From: Prasinococcaceae sp. CCMP 1430
Taxonomy: Eukaryota; Plantae; Prasinodermophyta
Direction of reading: 5' to 3'
Assembly (NCBI GenBank): GCA_013416795.1
Contig: RQSC01000007.1
Span: 116,490 to 180,489 of the forward strand
DNA length: 64,000 nucleotides
The position numbers and the translations under genes were made by a program. The notes beneath the pieces were generated by a model. It searched no databases. It worked only from the letters and a program-made list of their open reading frames with translations, and was not told the origin of the DNA. Shown here piece by piece: positions 1-11,222 of this stretch (position 1 is the stretch's first letter; every line of letters starts with the position of its first letter).

Positions 1-187
1 GTCGGCGCGCCGCAAGCGCGCCTTCCCCCCGCTGCGTCCGCCGCGGCGGCGCCTCCCCCGCCTCCTCCCGACTGTCCCCCGGCCCACCCGCCGGCCGACG
101 TGGCCACCCACGAAGTGAGCGACTGGCGGGCAGACCGACCCGCGCGAGGGTGCGCCCGGCGCGCGGGCTGGTGTCGCGGCGGCCGCC

Positions 188-807
188 ATGGTGAACGCCA
201 AGCAGCGGAACAAGGCGCACAAGGCCGGACGGCGCGCGGGGCCAGCGGGGGCGCGCAAGCAGCACAAGCTCCCGCGGCGCGGCGAGACGGGCGCGGCGCA
301 TGCGCTCGGCGTGCGCAAGGGCGGTGGCGCGGCGGTGGGCAAGGGCGCGCGCGAGGAGGCGGCGCGGCGGCTGAAGGAACAGAAGAAGGGCGCGCTGGCC
401 GCAGAGCGCCAGCGCGCTGGCGGCGCCACGCGCGCCGCGCCGCGCGTCGTGTGCGCACTGCCACTCGGCGTCGCGGCAGCCGCTGGCGTGGACGCGCTCG
501 CGCAGCTTGCCGCCGCATGCGAGGCACATGCGCAAGGCCCTAACGTGGGGGGCATGGTGGCCGAGCGCGACGCAGGCGCGCCCGCCTCCGCCCCAGCGCT
601 CGCGCTGGACGCCGCCACCGTGAGCAGCGCGCGCCTCCGTGCGCGCTTCACGCTGCTTTCGCCCGACCCGACGGATGTGCTCGCGGTGCTGGACGCAGCG
701 TCGGTGGCAGACGTGGTGCTGCTCGTGGTGGACGCGCCGGGCGCCAGTGAACTCTCGCACAAGACGGGCGCCGCTGCCGCAGAGAATGTGTGCGTGGTGA
801 GCGAGGC
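188..807 (+). CDS. TSR1: TSR1-like pre-40S ribosome biogenesis factor, N-terminal fragment cut by a single-n gap at 808
   Basis: N-terminus KQRNKAHKAGR and RFTLL...DVLAVLDAASVADVVLLVV match the TSR1/AARP2CN start. Similarity stops at the n at 808 and the rest of the protein is absent. Confidence 0.75.
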
Positions 808-959
808 NGCCCGCTGCGGGCGGCCGCGGGGGCGCGCGCTCTCGCTCTCGCTCCGCGCTTCGCGCGACCGCGAGCCCGGTGGGGGTGCCCCCGTTGGTTC
901 GAGCCGGCTCGCTGGGACGCTCGCCGAATGCCGCGTGTCGCCGCAGCGGGGCCGCGCGG

Positions 960-2000
960 ATGGGGCGCTCGCCAGCACCGGCGCAGCCGGGAAAGAAGGC
1001 GCTGGCGGGCGCGTGGTCGTTCCTGAAGCACCCCACGAGCAGAGACGTGCGCGGCGCGCGGCGCACGCGCAAGGCGCTCGACGCGCCGCCCGTGTCCTTC
1101 GACCACTTGGTAGTGATGGATTTTGAGTGGACGGCGGACGACCGGTCGCCGCCGCCGCCGCTCGAGATCATCGAGTTCCCCTGCGTCTTGCTGGACATGC
1201 GCCGCTCTGCGTGGCCGGGCCGCGAACTGGGACGCTTCCAACAGTACGTGACCCCACAGCGCTCGCGGCTCACGCCCTTCATTACAGAGCTCACGGCCAT
1301 CACGCAGCGGATGGTCGACCCGCCGAACGGGACGACGTTTCCCGTTGCGCTGGAGCGCTTCGGCGAGTTCCTGCGGTCCCACGGGATCGAGATCGACCAG
1401 CCCGGCGGCGGCGCTTCCTCGCGCGTCGCTGTGGTCACGTGGGGCGACGTCGACTGCGCTACAGCCCTGAGGCTCTCCTGCGAGCAGTGGCGTGTGCCCA
1501 TACCCAAGCTCTTCTCCTCGTGGGTCGACCTGAAGCAATGCTATCGCAGGCACTACAAGAGGGACCCGATCGGCCTCAGACGTACCGTCGAGGAGCACCT
1601 CGGGCTCACCTTCGAAGGCCGCGCGCACAGCGGGCTTGTGGATAGCTTCAACACTGCCAAGATTGTGCTTCGAATGGCGAAGGACGGGTTCGTCTTCAGC
1701 CAAGGGACGCGAGGGTTCGGGCCGGACGGCCTCGTGTGGGGCAGCAGACACAGCAAAAAGCGCGCTGTGGACGGAGGCGCGGGCACCGCGCAAAAGTCGG
1801 GGCTCGCCGGCGCTCGCGCGGGCCAGAGGCACCAAGCGCACACGCGGGCGGAGGTCGACAGCGCTGCGGCCGCGCAGCAGCCTGGTGAGCCTCCGCGCCC
1901 ACATGAGCTCTCGCCCGCTGACCGCGAAGCGCTTGAGCAGATGGCGGCTGAGTTGCACGACGAGGAGGCGCAGAGAGCTTGCGCAGGAGGGCAGCCCTGA
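960..2000 (+). CDS. ERI1/ERI2-like DEDDh 3'-5' exonuclease
   Basis: Motifs FDHLVVMDFEWT, EIIEFP, LTPFITELTAITQ, VTWGDVD and GRAHSGLVDSFNTAKI are the ERI-type ExoI-III motifs. First in-frame ATG taken at 960. Confidence 0.85.
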   Translation: MGRSPAPAQPGKKALAGAWSFLKHPTSRDVRGARRTRKALDAPPVSFDHLVVMDFEWTADDRSPPPPLEIIEFPCVLLDMRRSAWPGRELGRFQQYVTPQRSRLTPFITELTAITQRMVDPPNGTTFPVALERFGEFLRSHGIEIDQPGGGASSRVAVVTWGDVDCATALRLSCEQWRVPIPKLFSSWVDLKQCYRRHYKRDPIGLRRTVEEHLGLTFEGRAHSGLVDSFNTAKIVLRMAKDGFVFSQGTRGFGPDGLVWGSRHSKKRAVDGGAGTAQKSGLAGARAGQRHQAHTRAEVDSAAAAQQPGEPPRPHELSPADREALEQMAAELHDEEAQRACAGGQP

Positions 2001-2217
2001 TGCCAGGTCAGAAGCATCGTCGGCGTGGGGCCATGCGCGTGGGCTTTCACAAGCTCGGGTGCGCGACGCCTCCGCCTGAGCTTGGTTTTCAAAATAGTTT
2101 ACGTATAGCGGTGCGTCAAACAATAGGATGGGCCAGTAAGGTCCATGGCACTGTACAGTAATGATACGCTTGCGAAAGGTGAAGGTCTCCGCCCGTTGTC
2201 GTACGAGCGCGCGGGGC

Positions 2218-3880
2218 TCAGGCCTCGTCGCACAGGGTTTGCAGCCTCCCCATAACGCTCCTGAAGGTCAGCCCGCTGCCCGCTGCGCTCGCCGAGGCGG
2301 CGCCGACGTCCGTGGCGCAGCCTCGTCGCGGTGGCGGGCCGAAGGCGCCCCCGAAGGAGGGCGCCTCGCTCAGCAGCGAGACCAGCGCGCCGACGGCCAC
2401 CTCGACGGGCTCCTCTACAACGTTGGCTCCACCGCCTGGCCAGGAGCCCCCGCTCTCGGGCGAATTGGGCGAGTGGCCCAGCAGCTTGTCGAGAGCGCTG
2501 CCTCCCCCCGCGACGCTGCTCGCCCGCTCGTCCTCGTCCACGGCGAACGGGAACGCCGAGCCCCCGGTGCTCAGGTCCTGCGAGAACAGCGCGCCCGAGT
2601 CGTCGAAATTGGTGCTGCGCCCCTGCGAGCGGCTGCCGCTGGAGTCGCTGTGGGTCCCGGCGTTGGCCGGGCTGCTGGCGACCGAGCCTGCCGCGCCGCT
2701 CGCGGCGGGCGAGGCATGGTACGTAAGCAATTTCTTGGCTGTCTGAGACCCCGCGCCGCTTCCGACCGACCACGGCTGCCCCCCGGCCGAACCCGACGCG
2801 CTGCTGTGCGAGCCATGCTGGACGGGCGTCGCCAGAATGTCAGGCAGAATGTCAGGCGGCACGCCCGGTGGCAGGCCGCCATACCTGGGGCTGTAGCCCA
2901 TGGGGTCGAGGCCACCGTACCTGGGGCTGTACCCCATGGGGTCGCGCCCGCTGTGCGCGCTGCCGGTGGGCGGACTGGGCGAGAAGCTCGCGCGCCGCAC
3001 GAAGCCGCGGCCGTGCGACGACTGCGAGCCGTACAGGGACAGCTGCGTCTGCGAGGACGACGGGGTGCCCGCGAAGGGCAGCGAGGGGCTGCACGACAGC
3101 CCGACCTTGGGCGACGATTCCGTCGATCCGCCGGCGCCGCCCGAGGACGCGCCACCGGGCGTGCTCGGCGCGCGGGGGGGCTGGTCGCGCGAGCGCGCGA
3201 GCGCGCTCATGAGCCCATGCTGTTGGGTGTGCGCGGGCGCCGAGGTGGCCACGGGGTGCAGCTGCCTGGCGCCGCCGCCGGGCGAGAAGCCCACGACGCG
3301 CGCCGCCGCCCGCGCGTCGCGGGCCATCAGGTCCCCGCCGGAGCTGCACCTGCGTCCTCTGCTTATCGGAATGGACACCGGCGACGAGCTGTGCTGGCCG
3401 TGCTGCCGGAGCTGCGTGATGCCGCCGACGACCGGCGCGGGCGGCGGCCCGGCCGCGCCGGCGGTGGTGGTCACCGCGCGCTGAGTGCGCGCCTCCGTCG
3501 GCATCGCCGCGCCCACGCCGCCCTGCGCGGGCCTCGGCGGCGTGGTCGCGGCCGCCATCGCGGCCGCGGCGCTCAGCCCCGTCGCCGACCAGCTCGCCCT
3601 GCGCACCACCTCCGTCGGAGCGCTGCCCGCCACGTGGTGCTTGCCTTGGTCGCTGCCGGAGCAGTAGTCCGCGATGATGCGCGGCCTGCTCGCCGGGGGC
3701 ATCATCGCGGCCGCGATGGGCGGCGCGTCGCTGTACGCGACGGCGACGTAGATGGAGCCGAACGGCGTGCGCACGGGCGCGAACTCGTGGCGCCTGGGCG
3801 TGGGGCTCGCCGCCGCGTCGGGCCCCGCCGACGTGCGCAGCGCGTACCGCATCTCGAACGCGGCGCCGCTGCGCCCGGCG
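2218..3880 (-). CDS. ATG13: Autophagy protein ATG13, 5'-incomplete (most of the HORMA domain missing)
   Basis: FAPVRTPFGSIYVAVAY resembles the end of the ATG13 HORMA domain. It is followed by an S/P/G-rich disordered region and the plant ATG13 C-terminal motifs FPFAVDED and AVGALVSLLSEAP. Confidence 0.75.
2873..2944 (-). repeat. 2 x 36-bp coding tandem repeat (DPMGYSPRYGGL) in ATG13
   Basis: Units at 2873-2908 and 2909-2944 differ at three positions. Confidence 0.9.
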
Positions 3881-3885
3881 GCGCG

Positions 3886-5049
3886 ATGGCGACGGCGGCC
3901 GCCGCCGCGCCGGTGCCGGTCCGGCTGGTGATATTCGACCTTGACGGCACGCTGGTGGACACCGAGACGCTGGTGAAGCGCGTGTGCCAGGAGCTCTGCG
4001 AGACGCACTTCCAAGTCGAGTACCGCGAGCAGGCGAACACAGCAGGGCTTGGCATGACGCCGCTGAACGCGGCCGGTGTGGTCGTGCGCGAGCTCGGCCT
4101 GCCTTGCAGCGCGCAAGAGTACTACGAGCTCTCTTCGGTGGGGATGAAGGCGGGCTACAGCACGTGCGGGGCGATGCCGGGCGCCACGCGCCTCATCGCG
4201 CACCTACGCGCGCGCGGCGTGCGCATGGCGCTGGCGACCTCCTCCCGACGCTACAGCCTCGGGCCCAAGCTCACGCCGCACGGCTGGCACGATGGCGTCT
4301 TTGAGAAGAGCGTGTGCGGCTGCGACGTGGAGCACGGCAAGCCTGCGCCCGACATCTTCCTCGAGGCCGCGCGGCGCTGCGGCGTGCCGCCGGAGGCGTG
4401 CCTGGTCGTCGAGGACGCGCCGGCTGGTGTGCAGGCTGCAACCGCCGCAGGCATGCGCTCCATCGTCGTGCCAACTATGCGCAACGCGGCGGAGCTCTAC
4501 ACGCAGGCAGGCGCGACGCTGCAGCTCAACAGCCTGCTGGACCTCAAGCCCGACGTGTTCGGTCTGCCCGCATTCGGCGACACGGTGGGAGAGGTGGCCA
4601 TACCGGTGGACGTCTGGCGCGTGAAGGGGGAGGTCATCGCGGGGTTCGGGCGAGGCGGCAAGGACATAGGCTGCCCGACGGCCAATTTGCCAACCGAGGT
4701 GCTCGACAAATGTGCGGCGGCGACCTCGAGCTGCGGCATTTATGTGGGCTGGGCGAGTCTTGGCGCGGAGTCCAAGGTATACAAGATGGTGATGTCGGTC
4801 GGGTGGAACCCCTTCTACAAGAACGAGAAGAAGAGCGTCGAGCCGCATCTGCTCCACGAGTTCGAGGAGGACTTTTACGGCTCCGAGCTGCGGCTGGTCG
4901 TGTGTGGTTACCTGCGCCCTGAGGCGAGCTTCGACTCGTTCGAGGCCCTTGTCGCCGCCATTGAGAGCGACAAGGTGAATGCACACAAGGTGCTCGGCAT
5001 GGAACCGTTCGCTCAACACGCCGACGACGAGTACCTGCGCCCGAGCTGA
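3886..5049 (+). CDS. FHY1: Bifunctional FMN hydrolase (HAD) / riboflavin kinase
   Basis: HAD motifs VIFDLDGTLVDTE, GKPAPDIF and LVVEDAP, then kinase motifs GFGRGGKDIGCPTAN, MSVGWNPFY and EPHLLHEFEEDFYG. This is the plant AtFMN/FHY architecture; intronless. Confidence 0.95.
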   Translation: MATAAAAAPVPVRLVIFDLDGTLVDTETLVKRVCQELCETHFQVEYREQANTAGLGMTPLNAAGVVVRELGLPCSAQEYYELSSVGMKAGYSTCGAMPGATRLIAHLRARGVRMALATSSRRYSLGPKLTPHGWHDGVFEKSVCGCDVEHGKPAPDIFLEAARRCGVPPEACLVVEDAPAGVQAATAAGMRSIVVPTMRNAAELYTQAGATLQLNSLLDLKPDVFGLPAFGDTVGEVAIPVDVWRVKGEVIAGFGRGGKDIGCPTANLPTEVLDKCAAATSSCGIYVGWASLGAESKVYKMVMSVGWNPFYKNEKKSVEPHLLHEFEEDFYGSELRLVVCGYLRPEASFDSFEALVAAIESDKVNAHKVLGMEPFAQHADDEYLRPS

Positions 5050-5153
5050 GCCTGATTGAGTAACTTCCATATTGCGTGGACGGCGGCGGCACGCCACGAG
5101 TGGTGCCTGATGGGGAGGCGTGCGTACATCTCTCGCGCCAAGCCCACAACAGG

Positions 5154-6907
5154 CTAGCGCCGCATCATGCCGGGTCGCTTGAACGTCTTGCCGTTGCACA
5201 GATGGCGCAGATTCTCGCCGTCGATTGATACGCGCGGGCTGACCTCGAAGGGGCCATCGCCAGTCACAGTCCCGCCCGCGCGGTGCACCCAGTTTGCGTG
5301 GAGCTCCGAGATGGCGGCGACGGCGGTGGCAGGCGAATCGTTGCCCTGCCGCGCGCCGCGCACGGGGAAACATGTGGGTGGGTGGGTGTGGGGTGGGGTG
5401 GGGTGGGGTGGGGGGGGCTGTTAGCGCACGCTCGCAGAGCGCAGTCCAGCTCGACGCCGGCTCACAGCGCTCAGACGCACCTCCTTATTCTTCACCGGGG
5501 CGAACTCGCTGGCACGATTCACCTCGAACAGCACGACCTTGTGCGCGTCTGGGAAGGTGTCGAAGATGAACATTTCCGCCTTGATGGCGTTCACCTTCCC
5601 CCAGCTCACCTGCACATGTTTCTTGGCCTGGTGATAGCGCCCGCTGCGCTCGAGCTCGCCAACCATGCGCTCCACGAAGTCCACCGTAAAGTAGTGCATG
5701 CACAGGTTGCTCCAGCGGAAACGCAGCCCGCCGTCTTTGGAGAGCGCCATTGCGTCCGCCGATGTGAGCTCGCTATACTCAGTGACCGCGAGCTTGGGCG
5801 AGGCGCTGGTGCCGGTCTGTGTGTACACGCCCACTTTCTCGGTGGGGCTAGCCTTCTCAACAACTTTGGCGCCCACCTCGGCGCCAGCCTCGGCGCAGTA
5901 CCCCATGAACGTGGGGTCGGCCATCTTGACCAGCGCATTGTCCACGCCGTACACGAAGAGCGCCTCCACGCCGCGCTTGCGCATGTCCTGAAGCGCGCCA
6001 CTGCGGCCGACCGCCGTGTAGATTCCGCCGTTGCCATCGGGCGCCATCGACAACGCCGAGGGCGACGCCAGCTGGATGTGGCCGTCCTCCTGGAACACCG
6101 GCAGCGTGCCCTGCTTGAAGAAGAAGACGCTGTTGCGCGGGAGGCCGTAGTAGCCGTTCTTCTCGAAGTGGCGCACCGTGTTGTCGTGCGTGGCGTCCGA
6201 GGTCAGGATGTACCACGGGATGGGCGGCGCGCGCTTCCCCGCCAGCCTGCGCGTTGAGGCGAGGCGATCTGCCTGCAGGCGGAAGAGCGGCGCGCGAGAG
6301 GGCAGGCCGATGTCGTAGCAGCCCTTGGGGGCGGCGCTGCCCAGGCGCGTGCCCTGCGAGCGCACGCGCGGCATGGGCGCGTCAGCGGCAGACGCGGCGC
6401 GCGCGGGGGGGGGGGGGGGGGCCGGCGCCCGACGCGAGAGTGCCGGGCGCGCTCACCTGTCCGCCAGCCATTAGCAGCACGCCCACTTTGCCCTCCCTGA
6501 TCATGCGGTTGCCGCGGTCCTCCCACTGCACGATGCTCGAGACATCCTGCGACGCGCGCGCGCACACGAGCGCCCCATCGACAGGCTGCAGCGTGCCCGT
6601 CGCGGCGGCAGCGGCCCCGCTCGCGGCGCGCTGGGCGCTCTCGAACGCGTGCACGGCGCCGGCGAAGTCGAGCTTCCGCAGCTGCGCCACGAGCGCCTTG
6701 CGCTCCGCGCGGCTGAGCTTCACCCAGTGCGCCACCAGGTGCCTCTGGTCGTACTCCTTGAGGATCTTCTGGACGTCCCTGGGCGGGGCATCGCCGCCGT
6801 TGCCGTACGGCGGGAGCAGCGCCCCCGGGAGCAGCACGAGGGGGAGCACCACGCGCCGCGCCACGACGATCGCCACCGCGGCGCCCGCCGCCGCGCGCCC
6901 ACGTCAT
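5154..6907 (-). CDS. UAP1: UDP-N-acetylglucosamine pyrophosphorylase, 3 exons (~6907-6457, 6353-5481, 5345-5154); start uncertain
   Basis: GT-AG splicing rebuilds LMAGGQ|GTRLG and FAPVKNKE|GNDSPATA. Other motifs: PDGNGGIY, YGVDNAL, KAEMFIFDTF. Confidence 0.93.
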
Positions 6908-8531
6908 CACCCACCCCGCCAGATGCTGCGCAGCAGAGGCCGAGGAGCAGCGATATCGCGCGCGCGCGGCGCACCCGGCGCACCCGCAACGCAACCGACC
7001 CAACCGGTCCAACCTCGCATTGATTTTGACCTCAAACATCTCTCTCCCGTGGGTACTCATCGGCCGGTTGCGAAGCCGGACCTCCGGGCCATCATTCGAT
7101 CCACAACCTGCGCTCGCGAACCAGGCACCCCGACTGGACGTGCGGGTGACGGAGCCGCGTGCCCAGTTGTGCCCGAGTGCAACCCGGTCAGGGCGGGAGG
7201 TCGAACCAGGTGTGACCACCACCCAAACGATTCAGACCCGGGATGTCTGTCTGTCGTCCGCTTGTTGGTTGGCCGCTGCTCGGCCGGCCGGTGTGTTGGG
7301 GTGCACGTGGGGGGTGGCGTCACGCGCTGCGCGCTGGCTGGCGCACGTGCGAGCCCGGGCCTCGATCCACCCAGGCGCGCGCGCCTCGCACCCAGCCAGC
7401 CTCTGTTTGTTAGTCCCAGTCCCAGTCCCAGCCAGTGACCGCGGCCGGCCGACGAACAGCCGCGAAGGGCCACGCTCACCGTCCCATGGATCGACGCCGT
7501 CACCACTCCGACACCTGCCACGACGCGCTGCTCTGCACCCTGCGCTTTTTTTTCTTTTTCTTTTTAATATTTTTATTTTTTTGGTCTTGCAGGACGGAGC
7601 GCCGTCGGACGCACGCACGCGTTCCTTCCCTCTTCATTTTTAATGGTTTTTGGCGAGGGTGCCGCGCCGCCATCTTTGCCGAAACCCAAAACAGTCGGAT
7701 TTGGAATGGGGCGGGAGCGGGTGCGGATCGATGGAGAATTGCCTTCGGGGGCGCGGCGGAAAAGGCGTAGGGGACGGGCGAAAGCTGCTTGGTTCCGTCG
7801 TTTTTTTCCGGGGAGCGCGTTGAAATAAAAAAATGGGGGAAAAAGCGGGTCCGGAGTCGGCGGCGGCTGCGGCGGATGCGAGCGGCGGCGGCGCGGCGTG
7901 GTCACTCGGCGCGCGCGCGGCGTGGCGTCACTGCCGGCCCGGCGCCTCCCCCGCGCCGCCCCTTTCCCCCCGACCGATCGCGATGGCGGNNNNNNNNNNN
8001 NNNNNNNNNNNNNNNNNNNNNNNNNNNNNNNNNNNNNNNNNNNNNNNNNNNNNNNNNNNNNNNNNNNNNNNNNNNNNNNNNNNNNNNNNNNNNNNNNNNN
8101 NNNNNNNNNNNNNNNNNNNNNNNNNNNNNNNNNNNNNNNNNNNNNNNNNNNNNNNNNNNNNNNNNNNNNNNNNNNNNNNNNNNNNNNNNNNNNNNNNNNN
8201 NNNNNNNNNNNNNNNNNNNNNNNNNNNNNNNNNNNCGCGCCGCCGCGACGCACCCGGCCACCCGGCGGCCCGCGGGGGCGCGCCCTCAACCGGGCGGCCG
8301 CAGACCCAAAAAAACGCTTTATTGATAGGGTTTGAGCTGCGGCGGAAAATTTGATGGCGTTTTCAATGCGTGGTGGGGGCGCGGCGCGCGCCGACCGCGC
8401 GATCGGCGATTTTTTTGGGTTGAGGCGCGCCCGGCGCGCCCGGCGCGCCCGCCGTCGTGCCAATCGCTCGCGGCCGCCCGAGCGCTGACGCCCGCCCGCC
8501 CGCTCGCGACGCGCCCGCCCGCCGACGGCAG

Positions 8532-9672
8532 GCGTCAACGACGACGACATGGAGTCCGAGAAGGTGTTCCTCGGCGCGATGGTGTGCCGCAAGCTCTCGC
8601 CCATGGTCAGCAACTACCGCTCGCAGTCGGAGCTCAGCGAGTGGCTCGCGGAGCGCGACGTGATGGGCATCTCGGACCTCGACACGCGCGCGATCACGAA
8701 GCGCGTGCGCGAGACAGGCTGCCTGGTGGGCGTGATCACGACGGACCCCTCGAAGGTGCGTGCCCGCCGCGAGCGCGCTCCGCCCCACCGCAGCCGCAGC
8801 CGCAGCTGCGCAGCAGCAGGAGCAGCAGCAGCAGGAGCAGCGGCGGCGGCTGCGCGCATCCGCCTGCCCTGACCGTGCCCGGCCTGACACGCGCGCCGTC
8901 GCGCCTGCCTCCCGTGTCTCATCACTCCACCGCGCCCGCGAAGACCGATGAGGAGCTCGTCCAGCAGGCCAAGGAGTGGTCGATCGAGGGCAAGGACCTC
9001 ATTTCGGACGTGACCACCAAGGAGGTGTACACGTGGAAGGACCCCACGCTGCCCGAGTGGGAGTTCTCGCGCTCGGAGGCGGTGCGCGGCGAGAAGGACA
9101 CGCTCAAGCTGGTGACCTATGACTTCGGCATCAAGCACAACATCATGCGGCGGTTCGCGTCGTTCGGCTGCGAGATCACCGTCGTGCCGGCGAGCACGCC
9201 CGCGGCGGACGTTCTCGCGATGGAGCCCGACGGCGTGTTCCTCTCCAACGGCCCGGGCGATCCGTCGGCCGTGCCGTACGCAGTGGAGAACACCAAGGAG
9301 ATCGTCGGCAAGGTGCCGCTCTTCGGCATTTGCATGGGCCACCAGGTGCTCGGCCAGGCGGTGGGCTCCAAGACGTTCAAGCTGCCCTTCGGCCACCACG
9401 GCGGCAACCACCCGGTGCGCCACAACGCGACCGGCCGCGTGGACATTTGCGCGCACAACCACAACTACGCCGTTGACCCGGATGCGCTGCCGGAGGGCAT
9501 GGAGGTCACGCACGTCAACCTCAACGACGGCACCGTCAGCGGCATGCAGTGGAAGGAGAAGATGGCCATGTCCATCCAGTACCACCCAGAGAGCTCGCCC
9601 GGCCCGCACGACGCGGACGTCGAGTTCGAGACCTTCGTGCAGCTCATGAAGGACCACAAGGCCTCCAAGTGA
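8532..9672 (+). CDS. carA: Carbamoyl-phosphate synthase small subunit; exons 8532-8755 and 8944-9672, earlier exon(s) lost in the N gap 7990-8235
   Basis: GVNDDDMES, DTRAITKRVRETG, DFGIKHNI, SNGPGDP, the catalytic GICMGHQ, FGHHGGNHPV, QYHPESSPGPHD. Confidence 0.96.
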
Positions 9673-9985
9673 GCGGGGCGCGCCCGGTTAGGATAATTAC
9701 AGTAATGGTGGCGGCGCGATTCGATCGTCTCATCACCGAGCCACCCACGGCCGCCGCCAGGTGCCCGGCCAGGCGAGCGCGCCTAGCAGGCAGGCGCGCG
9801 CGGGTCGAGGCGCCGCGCTCCGATCCCGCGGCTCGCCCGCNNNNNNNNNNNNNNNNNNNNNNNNNNNNNNNNNNNNNNNNNNNNNNNNNNNNNNNNNNNN
9901 NNNNNNNNNNNNNNNNNNNNNNNNNNNNNNNNNNNNNNNNNNNNNNNNNNNNNNNNNNNNNNNNNNNNNNNNNNNNNNNNNNNNN

Positions 9986-11222
9986 CGCGTCGCCGCGCGC
10001 GCCGCCGCGGGCGAGGCGGCCAACGTGGGCATCCTCGGCGCGAGCGGCTACACGGGCGCCGAGTGCTGCCGGCTGCTCGCGCAGCACCCAGGGCTCAACA
10101 TCAAGCTGATGACGGCGGAGCGGCACGCGGGCGAGGGGCTCGAGAAGTGCTTCCCGAGCCTGCGCGCACAGGCGGACGGCCTGCCAACCATGGTGCGCCC
10201 GCGCGCGGCAGCGCCGCGGCAGCCGGACGCGCCGTTCCCGCGCGGGCGCAGCTGCGCGTTTGCCCCCGCGCTCCCTTGCGCGCACGCCCCCGGGCATCCC
10301 GCCCCCGCGCGGCTCGATCCGCTGACGCACGGACCGCGCCTCGCGCTCGCAGGTGAGTGTGAAGGACGCAGACTTCAGCGACATCGATTGCGTGTTCTGC
10401 TGCCTGCCGCACGGCACCACTCAGGAGATCATCGCCGGTTTGCCTGAGCACGTCAAGGTGGTCGACCTGAGCGCCGACTTCCGACTCGCAGACATCGAGA
10501 CGTACGCGCAGTGGTACGGCGCGCCGCACGCGGCACCAGATTTGCAAAAGGAGGCGGTGTACGGCCTCACCGAGCTCGCGCGCGAGGAGGTCAAGGGCGC
10601 GCGCCTGGTGGCCAACCCAGGATGCTACCCGACGTGTATACAGCTGCCGCTCAACCCGCTGCTCTCGGCCGGCCTCATCCGCCCGGACGGCATCATCATC
10701 GACGCCAAGTCGGGCACGAGCGGCGCGGGCAGGGCAGCCAAGGAGATGACGCTCTACTGCGAGGTGACCGATGGCATCAACGCGTACGGCATCACTGCGC
10801 ACCGCCACGTGCCCGAGATCGAGCAGGGCATGGTGGCCGCGCTCGGCGGCGACGCGGACGTGAAGGTATCCTTCACGCCGCACCTCATGCCTATGTCGCG
10901 CGGCATGCTCGCCACGAGCTACGTCAACATGGCGGAGGGCGTGTCGGTGGGCGACCTGCGCGCGCACCTGCAGAAGCAGTACGCCGACGAGCACTTCGTC
11001 ATCGTGTGCGATGAGGGCGTGAGCCCCGCCACGCGCCACGTGCGCGGCTCGAACTACTGCGTGGTGGGCGTCTTCGAGGACCGCATCCCCGGGCGCGCCA
11101 TCGTGATCAGCGTCATCGACAACGTGTGCAAGGGCGCCTCGGGCCAGGCGCTGCAAAACATGAACCTCGTCATGGGCTTCGAGGAGACCACGGGGCTGAT
11201 GATGCAGCCGCTCTTCCCGTAA
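9986..11222 (+). CDS. argC: N-acetyl-gamma-glutamyl-phosphate reductase (plastid); exons <9986-10192 and 10353-11222
   Basis: GILGASGYTGAE, FCCLPHG, VANPGCYPT, DAKSGTSGAGR, DNVCKGASGQALQNMN. Intron 10193-10352 is GT-AG with a GCTGAC branch point. Confidence 0.96.

Noticed and set aside
2161-3885. 962-aa ORF 2161-5049 as a long N-terminal extension of FHY1
   Set aside because: The first ~575 codons are the antisense shadow of ATG13 in high-GC DNA; the real start is ATG 3886.
3886-5049. HAD phosphatase + riboflavin kinase fusion as a novelty
   Set aside because: This is the established plant/algal AtFMN/FHY architecture.
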